Shown: positions 18,261-29,155 of the stretch, in pieces | Layout: every line of letters starts with the position of its first letter | Numbering within the stretch: the stretch's first letter is position 1 | IMG/VR virus record: IMGVR_UViG_3300027418_000370 | Reading direction: 5' to 3' (one strand) | Source of the DNA: a virus | DNA: 64,000 nt | The notes under the pieces: model-generated | Told to the model about the DNA's origin: nothing | What the model saw: only the letters and a program-made list of their open reading frames with translations | The model's database searches: none | Translations under genes and position numbers: made by a program

Positions 18261-21200
18261 ATGAGCAATAAAACGTACATAGGTTTACATCCTAACAACC
18301 TTAACCGTACAGAGTACGGGCAAGTCGTTCTCTACGTTGAAGGAGAACCGGTTGCCTTTTTCTCCGGATCTCAGGATGTTATAATTAGCGGAAGCCTTGC
18401 TATTGAAGGTATTACAAACGTATCTGCTTCTATTGCAGCAGCATTAAGTCTGGATACCGGTAGCTTTATGATCACAGGCTCTGTAAACAACGATACTATT
18501 ACGTTTACTCAAGGAGACGGCACTACATTTGATATTATTATCACTAGTGTTACATCTTCTATAAGTGCATCATTTGCTCAAAATACATTAAGCGCATCTT
18601 ATGCTGCGACAGCATCGTCTGCTGATGCATTTTTAGTAAGACAGGACCTTACAGTACAAGGAATAGTAACAGCTAAGGAGTTTCATACAGAATTTGTAAG
18701 TGCATCAATTATTTATCAGTCTGGCTCTACTAAATTTGGCGATACTTCAGACGATACTCATGCATTCACAGGATCAGTAACTGTAACAGAAACCATATCA
18801 TCTTCAGACGCATACATTAACGACTGGGGATCGATATCAGCTTCTTTATCTACTATTCAAGATGCATCAAGCGGTATATCACTAGAACAAGCAGCTGCTA
18901 TTGGTAATACAATCACAGGTTCGAGCATCGGTATTGGAACAAGCTCTCCAACTAATACTCTACATGTAGCAGCTAACAGTGATTACCCTGTTAAGATACA
19001 GTCTTTAAATCTTACAGGAGATCCCTACCTAGAAGTAGGCGGTCAATCATTAAGAATTATCGACCCAGACGGAGGTATTTTCAGTATATGGTTTGACAGT
19101 AACTCAGGAGCATCCCCAACTAGAATAATAACTTTTGGAGAAAATTCCTTTAACGTTACAGGCAGTGTTTCTGTAGGTCAAGATCTTAGCATTGGAACAA
19201 TTACAAACGCTACAGTAGACACAGATAAATTCTTAGTATCTAACGGAGGTACTGTTGAATATAGAACAGGAGCACAGTTAGCTTCTGATATTGGAGCACA
19301 GATCGCAGTTCCTACTCTAGCACAGGTACTATCCTCAGGTAACACCTCTGCGCTAGGTATGTCCGTAGGACCTATCACAGGTTCAACACTTTCAATACAA
19401 GGACAGGGGCTAGTAAGTAGTAACTTTTTTGTAGGAAGTAGACTAAGCATTAACGTTGTAGATAACTACGGTACCGATCCTGACAAGTTTTTAGTAATAG
19501 ATACTACAGGTAGTGTAAAGTATAGAACAGGAGCTCAAGTACGCTCGGATATCGGTGCAATTGGCTCTGGAGATCCTACACTAGATTCTGTAACAGATAA
19601 CGGCAGTATCACCACTAACAGTATACAGGTAGGAACCATCAGTGGATCTGACTTAAGACTGAGTAACGTACTGCAGAGCGGACTTGATACAGATAAATTT
19701 CTAGTACACGGCAGTACAGGTGATGTACTTTACAGAACAGGAGCTCAAGTACTATCAGATATTGGTGCAGCCAGCTCTACATTAAACTTACAGCAAGTTA
19801 CTGTAAACGGAAACTCTACAAGCACAGCTATTACAGCTTCTGCTCTACGTATCAACGGTTCGGGAGAGTTTACCGGTAACCTAACTGTAGGAGGAACTAT
19901 AACAGCGCAGGAATTTCATACAGAGTATGTAACCGCTGCAGTGATATACGAATCCGGTTCAACAAAATTCGGTGACACTGTTGATGATACACATACCTTC
20001 ACCGGGTCTCTTAATGTACTGGGTAACCTAGATTCAACAGATTCGTATATTGACGATTGGGGGTCTATTTCTGCTTCTTTAGCAAGCCTATCCTCTTCAG
20101 CAACACCTAGTACCTTTGACGGAGATAGGCCAATCACACAACCTTTACTTCCTACCTTAGTTAACTATAATCCAGGTACTACCACAGTCTCTCAATTCCT
20201 TGAGCAGGTATTCTACCCAGATCCAGGCTTTGGTATTGAGATCTTAACTAACGAACCTTTCTATATCTTAGAAAGTGAATTAAGCGGTTCTCATGTTAGA
20301 GGAGCTACTACAACTAATACTCCCGTAGGTAACTACTACAATGTATTTGAATCAGCATCATTTACAGCTAATACGTCAGTAACATGGTCCATACAGACTA
20401 ACTCAGTATTAGATATTGAACCTCTAACAGGTAAGCTCTTTATTAAGATTAATCTTAGCGGTAGTGCTACATACCAAGCACCTAAAGTTATTTCAGGTAC
20501 AGTAACAGCAAATGCTACTTCTGGAGGATATAAGACAAGAGACTTTACAGTAACCGTACTTGACAATACAGGTCCAACCATTAGTACATCAGATATAACT
20601 AACTATTCCCCAAAAGCAGCTAGCTTTGTTACTGCTTCTGGTGCTTATATTGGAGAAGTTTACATTAACGAACAAGCAGATCCTGCAGGACCTCCTACTA
20701 TTCATACATTTGGGGGAACTAATCCTTCTTTCTTCTCTTCTTCTCTGTATAATCAACTTGCAGGAGTAAGTTACTACAAGATCTATACTACTCAAGCTCT
20801 AAACAGTGGAAGCTACGTACTAAACTTTACCGGCAGTGACCTATACGGCAACGAAGCATCAGCCTCTTCTACATTAGTAATTGATGCTAACACAGCACCA
20901 GTCTTAACAGTGTTCTTACCATTTAGTGGGCAGATACAAAACTACTCATCAGGGTCTATCTACGGCAGTATTACTGTAACAGATAACGCTGGTGATGCTA
21001 TTGATACATTTACTCTGTCAGGACCTGATGCCAGTTACTTTGCAGTAAATAGAATATCTTCCAATATGGGAGGACTGAGTGCTAGAGGTCAAGGATCAGG
21101 AACAGGTAATGAGAAGTGGGCTGTTAACTTTAATACAACACCTCCATTTACAGGTACATACAATATTACAGCTTCTGCAACAGATAATTTTGCATTCACA

Positions 21201-24200
21201 GGATCTTTAGCAATTCCTAACACACTATCTGCTACTACTCCTTCACTGCCTTCTCCTAACGGTACATTCTATGTTATAGAAAGTGCATTAACTGGAGCTA
21301 GTGTAACTACAGCAACAAGCGGAATTGCAGGAACAGTAGCCACAATGACTACTAACCAGCCCGTTAGCTGGTCCTTATCAGATGACTTAAGTGGAAAGCT
21401 AGCAATCTCAGGTAGTGCAGTTGGGTACATTACTCTAAAAGATAATCTAAGTGGCTCAGCCTACCAAAATGGTAGCGTACTCTCAGGAGTAGTAAGAGCT
21501 ACTAACACCTACGGTCTCTATAAAGAGAATAATATAAGTGTAACTATAACAGATAACGTTGGAGCATCGATCTCTCCGAATTTAAGCTTCCTTAACAACT
21601 ACTACACTAAAGATGGAGCAGCAGGCTTTGGAAACATCTTAGTTTTTGATCCTCAATCAATTGAAAACGTACAACTTGTAGGTATTGGCGGCCCCGATGG
21701 GGATAAATTTATATTCGTAAGCCAGTCAGCAGGACAGAGTGTACTGTATCCATTCTCTTCTTCTCAAGCTTTAAATAGCGGAAGCTATATAGTAGGAGTT
21801 ACAGCTAGCGACTCTTACGGACAATTTACCTCTCAAAGCTTTACAGTATCGGTCTTTGCTAATAATCCTCCAGTCATTGGACTATATAGTGGATCCTCCA
21901 CAGTTACATCCTATCAACCGGACATTGCTCAAGCAGTTTCTGGATCTACGTTAGGTTACGTACAAGTTAACGATGGAGATAGCGGAATAGACGGCATCGC
22001 ATCCTTCAACTTTACCGGTACTGATGCTGCTAAATTTGATGCTGTACCTAACGGACAGGTTGGAAACGAGTACGTATATCTTATCAAGACTGCAGAAAGC
22101 CTAACATCAGGTACATATAATCTAACAGGATCAGCTGTAGATGGATTTGGATTCACAACAATTAAACCTATCCCGGTAACAGCTACAGTACAGGCTCCTT
22201 CTATTCCTGACTCAAACGATCCATTTTACATCATCGAAAGTGCTGTAAGTGGCGCTTTTGTATACAATAGTACCACCGGATTCTCAGGCACACAAGCACA
22301 GTTTACAACAAACCAAGCTGTAACATGGAGCTTAACAAATGGAACATATTTAGCTATTGATTCTAACGGTAAGTTATCAGCTAAAGTACACATCAGCGGC
22401 TCTGCCAAGCAGGCTGGTAATACAATTACCGATGAAGTAGTAGCAACTAACACCTTTGGTGCTTCTAGATCTCTTCCCTTTAGTGTGGCAGTAGTAGATG
22501 ATTTAGATCCTGTTATTACGAATACTTTAGCAGGTAAAAATAATAATAAAACTACTACAGCTACAGGCTTTGGAACCATCACAATTTCTGATCCGCAATC
22601 TCTGGGCAACGTTTCGTTAACAGACTTTAACGGACCAGACGTAGGTAGCTTTACATTCTCAGCAGGAACTGCAGGCTCTACCAGAGTGTATACAGTTTCC
22701 TCTTCTGCAGCATTAAACAGCGGAAGCTACTCATTTAGTGTTACCGGTAGTGATGCTTACAATCAAATTGCTAAAGCAGCATTTACTATTGCAGTAGCTG
22801 AAAACCTACCTCCTACAGTTAGCTTAACAGGTTTTACTAAGGATGTATCTGATGCTGAAAACAATGAAGTAATCGGATCTGCTTCAATCGCTGATCCTCA
22901 AGATGATAGCATTGTATCCTTCACATTATCCGGTACTGATGCTAGTAAGTTTTCTGCTTCACTAGCAAGCTCTACAGCCACCACAGCACTGTATGCAGTA
23001 CATACAACACAGAATCTAACATCAGGATCTTATAACCTAACAGGTTCTGCTACAGATTCATTCGGACTTACAACAGTTACTCCAATCCCAGTTAATATTA
23101 CTTTAGCAGCACCGGACGTACCTATTAAAAATGCCGTTAACTTCTATATTATTGAAAGTGCACTCAGCGCCTCTCAGGTGGTAGTTAATAGTGACGGATA
23201 TACCGGAGTACAAGCCGATATGAATACTAACCAAGATGTAACCTGGAGTATTAAATCACCTAGTACGTACTTAGCCATCGATAGTAATGGAGGATTATCA
23301 GTTAAAGCTAATATCAGCGGTTCTGCTAAGAACGCCTCAGGTGCTCCTTATAACTTAATTCAGGAGTACGTTGTAGCTACCAACGCTTACGGGGTATCTT
23401 CTGAAGTACTGGTACCAGTTCAAGTTACTGCTAATGCAGCTCCTACCTTATCTTACACAGGTTTATCAGTAGTATCAGGATCGGCAAACGTAGGAAATAC
23501 TGTAGGTACAGTAACAGCCACAGACCCACAATCTCTTGATTCAATCCTATCTATTACTATAACAGGAGGAGCTAACTCTGGCAGTTTTGCATTAGTACAG
23601 ACAGGAGCTACATCTTACACTAAGACCTATAATATTAATGTAGATGGAGCAGGATTAGGAGCTGGAAGCTATGAAGTAGAACTTACTGCTAGAGATAGTT
23701 TCAATAAAACAACAACAGAAACTAAAACAGTTACCGTGCAAAGTACAGGAACAACACCAGTCTACATCTATATTAATACAATTAATAGATCTAACCTCGA
23801 TAATACAGAGGCGCAAGCACTTGCAGCTATCGGAGCTCAATTCTACGAACAGTACGACTATGCGAACCCGGACTATCCGTTAGCTGAATGGATTGCTGGT
23901 AATATCGGAGATCCAATCACAGTATCGGGGCAAGGTACAGCAACACCGAAAACAGACGGTACTGTAGCAGACCTATTAGAAATTAAGACATTAGGAACTA
24001 TAACACAAGATGCAGCCGGTAGCCAACCTCTATTCCTATTCCCATCTTCTTCTGCACTCCCAAGCTTACCTAACACAATGTACTTAGGATCAGACTTCAG
24101 TACTATGCCTGCAGGACAGCATGCATTAATCACTTATGCAACCACACCACCTGCTGTAACAACAGCCGGAGTGTTATATTTTACTACAGATGTAGCAGTA

Positions 24201-24296
24201 GACGGACATACGGAATGGGGTGTTGTTTACGGTTTAACTGGAGCAACTGGTACTAATGAATGGACAATCGCAGCAAGCGGGGATACACTACCTTAA
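18261..24296 (+). CDS. Large fibre/adhesin with cadherin/Ig-like repeats (2011 aa)
   Basis: N-terminal fibre modules (EFH x2, DKFLV..YRTGAQ x3), then four super-repeats starting FY[IV][IL]ES with DNxxP/NxxP and xxTD/SD motifs. Confidence 0.75.
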   Translation: MSNKTYIGLHPNNLNRTEYGQVVLYVEGEPVAFFSGSQDVIISGSLAIEGITNVSASIAAALSLDTGSFMITGSVNNDTITFTQGDGTTFDIIITSVTSSISASFAQNTLSASYAATASSADAFLVRQDLTVQGIVTAKEFHTEFVSASIIYQSGSTKFGDTSDDTHAFTGSVTVTETISSSDAYINDWGSISASLSTIQDASSGISLEQAAAIGNTITGSSIGIGTSSPTNTLHVAANSDYPVKIQSLNLTGDPYLEVGGQSLRIIDPDGGIFSIWFDSNSGASPTRIITFGENSFNVTGSVSVGQDLSIGTITNATVDTDKFLVSNGGTVEYRTGAQLASDIGAQIAVPTLAQVLSSGNTSALGMSVGPITGSTLSIQGQGLVSSNFFVGSRLSINVVDNYGTDPDKFLVIDTTGSVKYRTGAQVRSDIGAIGSGDPTLDSVTDNGSITTNSIQVGTISGSDLRLSNVLQSGLDTDKFLVHGSTGDVLYRTGAQVLSDIGAASSTLNLQQVTVNGNSTSTAITASALRINGSGEFTGNLTVGGTITAQEFHTEYVTAAVIYESGSTKFGDTVDDTHTFTGSLNVLGNLDSTDSYIDDWGSISASLASLSSSATPSTFDGDRPITQPLLPTLVNYNPGTTTVSQFLEQVFYPDPGFGIEILTNEPFYILESELSGSHVRGATTTNTPVGNYYNVFESASFTANTSVTWSIQTNSVLDIEPLTGKLFIKINLSGSATYQAPKVISGTVTANATSGGYKTRDFTVTVLDNTGPTISTSDITNYSPKAASFVTASGAYIGEVYINEQADPAGPPTIHTFGGTNPSFFSSSLYNQLAGVSYYKIYTTQALNSGSYVLNFTGSDLYGNEASASSTLVIDANTAPVLTVFLPFSGQIQNYSSGSIYGSITVTDNAGDAIDTFTLSGPDASYFAVNRISSNMGGLSARGQGSGTGNEKWAVNFNTTPPFTGTYNITASATDNFAFTGSLAIPNTLSATTPSLPSPNGTFYVIESALTGASVTTATSGIAGTVATMTTNQPVSWSLSDDLSGKLAISGSAVGYITLKDNLSGSAYQNGSVLSGVVRATNTYGLYKENNISVTITDNVGASISPNLSFLNNYYTKDGAAGFGNILVFDPQSIENVQLVGIGGPDGDKFIFVSQSAGQSVLYPFSSSQALNSGSYIVGVTASDSYGQFTSQSFTVSVFANNPPVIGLYSGSSTVTSYQPDIAQAVSGSTLGYVQVNDGDSGIDGIASFNFTGTDAAKFDAVPNGQVGNEYVYLIKTAESLTSGTYNLTGSAVDGFGFTTIKPIPVTATVQAPSIPDSNDPFYIIESAVSGAFVYNSTTGFSGTQAQFTTNQAVTWSLTNGTYLAIDSNGKLSAKVHISGSAKQAGNTITDEVVATNTFGASRSLPFSVAVVDDLDPVITNTLAGKNNNKTTTATGFGTITISDPQSLGNVSLTDFNGPDVGSFTFSAGTAGSTRVYTVSSSAALNSGSYSFSVTGSDAYNQIAKAAFTIAVAENLPPTVSLTGFTKDVSDAENNEVIGSASIADPQDDSIVSFTLSGTDASKFSASLASSTATTALYAVHTTQNLTSGSYNLTGSATDSFGLTTVTPIPVNITLAAPDVPIKNAVNFYIIESALSASQVVVNSDGYTGVQADMNTNQDVTWSIKSPSTYLAIDSNGGLSVKANISGSAKNASGAPYNLIQEYVVATNAYGVSSEVLVPVQVTANAAPTLSYTGLSVVSGSANVGNTVGTVTATDPQSLDSILSITITGGANSGSFALVQTGATSYTKTYNINVDGAGLGAGSYEVELTARDSFNKTTTETKTVTVQSTGTTPVYIYINTINRSNLDNTEAQALAAIGAQFYEQYDYANPDYPLAEWIAGNIGDPITVSGQGTATPKTDGTVADLLEIKTLGTITQDAAGSQPLFLFPSSSALPSLPNTMYLGSDFSTMPAGQHALITYATTPPAVTTAGVLYFTTDVAVDGHTEWGVVYGLTGATGTNEWTIAASGDTLP
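20259..23750 (+). repeat. Four cadherin/Ig-like super-repeats of about 306-336 aa
   Basis: FYxxES starts at 20259, 21267, 22224 and 23142 (spacing 1008, 957, 918 nt). Confidence 0.75.
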
Positions 24297-24310
24297 ACAA
24301 TTTATAAGAT

Positions 24311-27300
24311 ATGGCAATTACAGTTAGTGACGTATATATTAGACCGGGGGATACTAATGATCCATTCGGGTATATAGAGCAGATTAGAGGTGGCTGGATT
24401 ACAGTTGCTGATTCTGCTTCTATGGCTGCTATTCCTTTTGAAAGAGCAAAAGATGGGCAGATTGCGTATCTACAAGATGAAAAACTGTTTTACATTGCCA
24501 CTAAGGTTGCTGCATCTCAAACATTTGACCCAGGTCCACCTCCTAGCGTAGTATCAACACCAGCTAGCCTTACATGGAAAGTACTTCCATTCTCTGGTTC
24601 ATTCAGTGGTTCATTCCAAGGTGATGGCTCAGGCTTAACAGGAGTAGGTGGAGTACCAGGCGGTGATATAACACAGCTTCAATTCTACAGCTCATCTACA
24701 GATGGAGCAGCTTTTGGAGGAGCAGAAGTATATTATATTAGCTCAAGTGGTAACTTAGGTATTGGTATAAGCAATCCAACTGCTAAATTACATGTAGACG
24801 GTGATGCAATTATTACCGGTACATTAACTGCACAGGAATTTCATACCGAGTTCGTTTCTGCTTCCATTATATACCAATCGGGATCTACAAAATTCGGTGA
24901 CTCTGCTGATGATAACCATGCATTCACAGGGTCTATCAACATATCAGGCTCCATAACAGCAACAAGTAAAATCACATCTCCTGAATTCTCAGGATCCTTC
25001 TCAGGCTCTTTCCAAGGTGATGGATCTAACTTAACTGGAATCGCTTCTACATTAGCTCTGTCAGGATCTACAGGTAACGATTTAGTTAACTTGAAAACTG
25101 ATGCCTTAAAGATAACAGGCTCGGTCAATAACGTAGATGTAGCTGTTACAAACAATCAAGCTGCTATTAGCGTATCACAGAATCTAACCTTATCTAATGT
25201 TAACTTAACAGGTTCATTCAAAGGAGACGGTTCTAACTTAACTGGAATTGCTTCTACATTAGCTTTATCAGGATCTACAGGTAACGATTTAGTTAACCTC
25301 AAAACTGATGCGTTAACTATCACAGGTTCAGCTAGGAACATAGACGTAGCAATTACCGATAATAAAGCTGCAATCACAGTAGCAGACAACCTACAGTTAG
25401 GTAACGTAGAACTAACAGGTTCATTTAAAGGTAACTTTAGTGGCTCCATTACTGCTGTAATTGAAAATGCCGTAACAGCATCTTATGTATTAAATGCAGT
25501 AAGTGCTTCTTATGCTTCAAGTGCTACTAGCTCTTCTTATGCCCTTACTGCTTCATATGTACCGGGTTATGTTAGAGATAGTGGAGGTCAGACAGATGAG
25601 ATAGCAATCTGGAGTTCTACAGATCAAATCTCAGGCTCTCAAGGATTCTTTGTAAGTAGGTCCTACGGAGGTAATGTCTCTACTATCCTAGACGGATACT
25701 ATTACGCAGAGAATAACGGAGGTTTCGTAGCCCACAGTGTTGCAGACGATTCAGGATCTAAATCTACCATTGGAATGTACGATCCAGGGACCGGTACTGC
25801 AATTATTTATGCAGGCTCAGGTTCAGGTCAGGTAGTAGGAGCAATTAAGTTTGCTGTTAACGCTTTAGACCAAGCATACGCTATTGGTGTTAACATCTCT
25901 CCTAACAAAGCTAATACTTTACGTATTGAACCTACAGTAGAGCTACTAGCCGGTATGTCTGGATCATTCAGTGGTTCGTTCTACGGTCAGTTTGTGGGAT
26001 TAATTGATAGCGCTTCTTATGCAGTCTATGCAGTTAATGCAACAACAGCATCTTACTCACTTACATCTACTTCAGCATCTTACGCTCTTACAGCTACTAG
26101 TGCTTCGCATGCAGTTAATGCATTGAGCGCTTCTTACGCTGCAACAAGCACCTCGGCTTCTCATGCACTCTTTGCTAATAGCGCTACTACTGCCTCATTT
26201 GCTGCCTCATCGTTAACTGCCTCCTACTTTACAGGCTCGCATATAGACTTTACACCTCGAGTAGCAGGATCAGAACCAGCTCATCGAGCAGGTAGAGTAT
26301 TTTACGATGCTACCGAAGGAGCATTAGCAGTCTATAACGATGTTGCTGATGTAACAATGCAAGTAGGTCAGGAGTTCTGGATTAGAGCAATTAATAAGTC
26401 AGGAAACCCTATCTTAAATGGAACACCGGTGCGTATCTCAGGCTCCACAGGAGACAGGCCTAATATCTGGCCAGCAGTAGCTGAAAACCACATAGTCTCA
26501 CAGTTTGGAAGGGAGAATCATATTATAGGTGTTGCTACAAACGATATTGCTGATAATGCTACAGGATACATAACCGCACAAGGTATTGTACGTAAATTAA
26601 ATACAACAGCATTTACTGCCGGAGATACTCTATACCTCCAGACAGGATCGGCAGGGTTTAGAAACACACCACCTCCTTTCCCTTATGATGTAGTAAGAGT
26701 AGGCTGGGTAACAAAGGTAAATGCCGGTAATGGTCTGATTTTTGTAGAACCTAAATCACCAGTACACCTTAGAGATATAGCCGTAATCTCAGGATCAGAA
26801 AACACAGTAACATATGACGTTCTAGTTAAGAATGCAAACGGAGGATTCGCACCACGTCATAATAATATGATTCTCTCAGGCTCTTTCTCAGGTAGCTTTG
26901 CTGGTACTATTGATAGAGCTGTTTCATCCTCTCATGCAATCCAGGCTGATAGTGCTAGCTTTGCAGTAACATCCTCTTATGCTTTGAAAGCTGAGAGCGT
27001 AGGACAGCTAAATCAAGACGTTGTTATTACTGGAGATTTAACAGTTTTCGGTTCTTCATCATTCTACCACGTTACTTCCTCGCAATTAGACGTTGATTCT
27101 GCTTTCATTAGCGTTAACGTATTTGAACCTATAGAGAGATTTGGAGGCTTAAGAGTATACGACTCAGGATCAAGTGATGCTACAGCATCTTTTGCTTGGG
27201 ATTCCCTACACGATCACTGGGTATATCAGAACGTTAGTGGATCTACATACTCAGGAGCTATGTTTATGTCTGGTCCTAGAAATACAGGATCATTAGGAGA

Positions 27301-29152
27301 AGAACCCACACTAACTAAGTGGTATGTAGCAAGATCAGACGGCGGAGACCATTTGGAGAACTCACAAATCTGGTCAAGCGGCTCAGATCATATCGTATAC
27401 GGAGATTTATTTACCACAGGAACTACTTCTGGTTCATTTGTAGGTGACGGTTCAGGATTATTTGGTGTAGCTGCCAACCCAGCCGGACTGGATAAATCAG
27501 TACAGTTTAAGAGCGGATCAGTAACAGGAGGAGCTAGTAACTTCTTCTACGACCACACAAGTGCAAAAGTAGGTATCGGTACTGCTTCACCAACTACTAC
27601 ATTAGAAGTTGCAGGAATAGTGACAACTAAAGGGCATACGCTTGTTGGCAACTACGCAAACTTTACTTCCTTACCAGGAGCCGGTATTTACTCCTCTAAT
27701 GTATCATTTGATTCAGGAATAGGAGCTTTACTTCTAGCATCTAGAACAGATGCCGAAAACGTAATTGCCTTTGGCACCAATAACGGTACGTCAATGGGTG
27801 AGAGAATGCGTATTACCGGGGTAGGCAGAGTAGGGATAGGCACAACCTCACCAGCTGCTCTACTAACAGTAAGTAATACTACAGATAACGGAGCAGCAGT
27901 AAGAGTACAGAGAACAAATGCACTGTCTGGTTCTTATACAGAACTAGGAACAGTAGGAGGATCTGGTAGAATTGAATCTTTCAACGGTAACTTAACCATT
28001 GGAGCTGATGCTTCTAATACAGATAGCAGTAGTGTTATTCAGTTTAAAGTTGATAACTCTGAAAAAGTACGCATCACTAGTACTGGCAATGTAGGTCTCG
28101 GCACCACTACTCCTACCTCAGGCAGTTTACAGATTTACAACACTACCGGTACAAACCATATAGTATTTGACGGAGGTGCCAGCACCGCAAATTCATATAT
28201 AGGAGCTTTCGCAGGCGGTATGTACTTGTCTACCAACTACTATTACGATAGCGGACATAGAAATGATATAGGATCTCTAAGAAGTATGGAGATTTTTATG
28301 GGTGACGACCTACTTCAAATCGCCACTATGCCATCAGGATCGCCCGGCACCCGAACTAGAGTGATGGTAATCTCAGGCTCTCAGGGATACGTAGGTGTAG
28401 GTACAACAGCTCCTTCAGCTCAATTACACGTCTACTCTACAGGTAACGGTGAGCTTGAAGTTCAAAGAGCATCCGGAGCATTATTTAATGTTCAAGCACA
28501 ATCTTCTTTAGCAGCTATTGGTACTGATTCTAATCATCCACTATACCTTAAGACTAACGCAGGTACTAGAGCACAGATATCAACAGGAGGTGCTTTAAGA
28601 CTTAATAACTACGGTTCAGGAACTCAGACAGGCACTGCTACCAAATCACTAGCCGTAGATTCATCCGGTAACGTAATTGAGATTGATGTATCATCAAACG
28701 GTACTGGTGTAGCCAATGAAGTAGCATTCTGGAAAGATACAGATACAGTATCAGGATCTCAGGCATTGACTTGGGACGGTACTACCCTATCCATCAACGG
28801 TATCTTAGAAGCAAATGAGAAATCATTTGTGATTGATCATCCTACTCAACCAGGTAAGAAACTTGTGTACGGAGTCTTAGAAGGACCAGAACACGCAGTG
28901 TACTGTAGAGGAAAGATTAACGGTAACGTAATCGAATTACCGGAAGAATGGACGGGATTAGTACATGAAGATAGCATCACTGTGCAATTAACTTCAATTG
29001 GTAAGCATCAAAACCTTTATGTAGTAGATGTTAGAGATAACAGAGTATTTATTAAAAACGGAGACCTACTAACTAGTAAGATCAATGCTTACTACTACAT
29101 ACAAGGCACCCGTAAAGACACTAAACCTTTACAAACCGTTAGAGATAAGTAA
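24311..29152 (+). CDS. Fibre protein (1613 aa) with C-terminal KSFxIDHP domain
   Basis: GSFSGSF and TASYA repeats, GxVGIGTxxP repeats, C-terminal KSFVIDHP...LEGPE...YCRG...IELPEEW. Confidence 0.75.
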   Translation: MAITVSDVYIRPGDTNDPFGYIEQIRGGWITVADSASMAAIPFERAKDGQIAYLQDEKLFYIATKVAASQTFDPGPPPSVVSTPASLTWKVLPFSGSFSGSFQGDGSGLTGVGGVPGGDITQLQFYSSSTDGAAFGGAEVYYISSSGNLGIGISNPTAKLHVDGDAIITGTLTAQEFHTEFVSASIIYQSGSTKFGDSADDNHAFTGSINISGSITATSKITSPEFSGSFSGSFQGDGSNLTGIASTLALSGSTGNDLVNLKTDALKITGSVNNVDVAVTNNQAAISVSQNLTLSNVNLTGSFKGDGSNLTGIASTLALSGSTGNDLVNLKTDALTITGSARNIDVAITDNKAAITVADNLQLGNVELTGSFKGNFSGSITAVIENAVTASYVLNAVSASYASSATSSSYALTASYVPGYVRDSGGQTDEIAIWSSTDQISGSQGFFVSRSYGGNVSTILDGYYYAENNGGFVAHSVADDSGSKSTIGMYDPGTGTAIIYAGSGSGQVVGAIKFAVNALDQAYAIGVNISPNKANTLRIEPTVELLAGMSGSFSGSFYGQFVGLIDSASYAVYAVNATTASYSLTSTSASYALTATSASHAVNALSASYAATSTSASHALFANSATTASFAASSLTASYFTGSHIDFTPRVAGSEPAHRAGRVFYDATEGALAVYNDVADVTMQVGQEFWIRAINKSGNPILNGTPVRISGSTGDRPNIWPAVAENHIVSQFGRENHIIGVATNDIADNATGYITAQGIVRKLNTTAFTAGDTLYLQTGSAGFRNTPPPFPYDVVRVGWVTKVNAGNGLIFVEPKSPVHLRDIAVISGSENTVTYDVLVKNANGGFAPRHNNMILSGSFSGSFAGTIDRAVSSSHAIQADSASFAVTSSYALKAESVGQLNQDVVITGDLTVFGSSSFYHVTSSQLDVDSAFISVNVFEPIERFGGLRVYDSGSSDATASFAWDSLHDHWVYQNVSGSTYSGAMFMSGPRNTGSLGEEPTLTKWYVARSDGGDHLENSQIWSSGSDHIVYGDLFTTGTTSGSFVGDGSGLFGVAANPAGLDKSVQFKSGSVTGGASNFFYDHTSAKVGIGTASPTTTLEVAGIVTTKGHTLVGNYANFTSLPGAGIYSSNVSFDSGIGALLLASRTDAENVIAFGTNNGTSMGERMRITGVGRVGIGTTSPAALLTVSNTTDNGAAVRVQRTNALSGSYTELGTVGGSGRIESFNGNLTIGADASNTDSSSVIQFKVDNSEKVRITSTGNVGLGTTTPTSGSLQIYNTTGTNHIVFDGGASTANSYIGAFAGGMYLSTNYYYDSGHRNDIGSLRSMEIFMGDDLLQIATMPSGSPGTRTRVMVISGSQGYVGVGTTAPSAQLHVYSTGNGELEVQRASGALFNVQAQSSLAAIGTDSNHPLYLKTNAGTRAQISTGGALRLNNYGSGTQTGTATKSLAVDSSGNVIEIDVSSNGTGVANEVAFWKDTDTVSGSQALTWDGTTLSINGILEANEKSFVIDHPTQPGKKLVYGVLEGPEHAVYCRGKINGNVIELPEEWTGLVHEDSITVQLTSIGKHQNLYVVDVRDNRVFIKNGDLLTSKINAYYYIQGTRKDTKPLQTVRDK
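25006..25440 (+). repeat. Tandem 207-nt (69 aa) duplication
   Basis: GDGSNLTGIASTLALSGSTGNDLVNLKTDAL occurs twice; nucleotide copies start near 25025 and 25232. Confidence 0.9.
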
Positions 29153-29155
29153 GTT

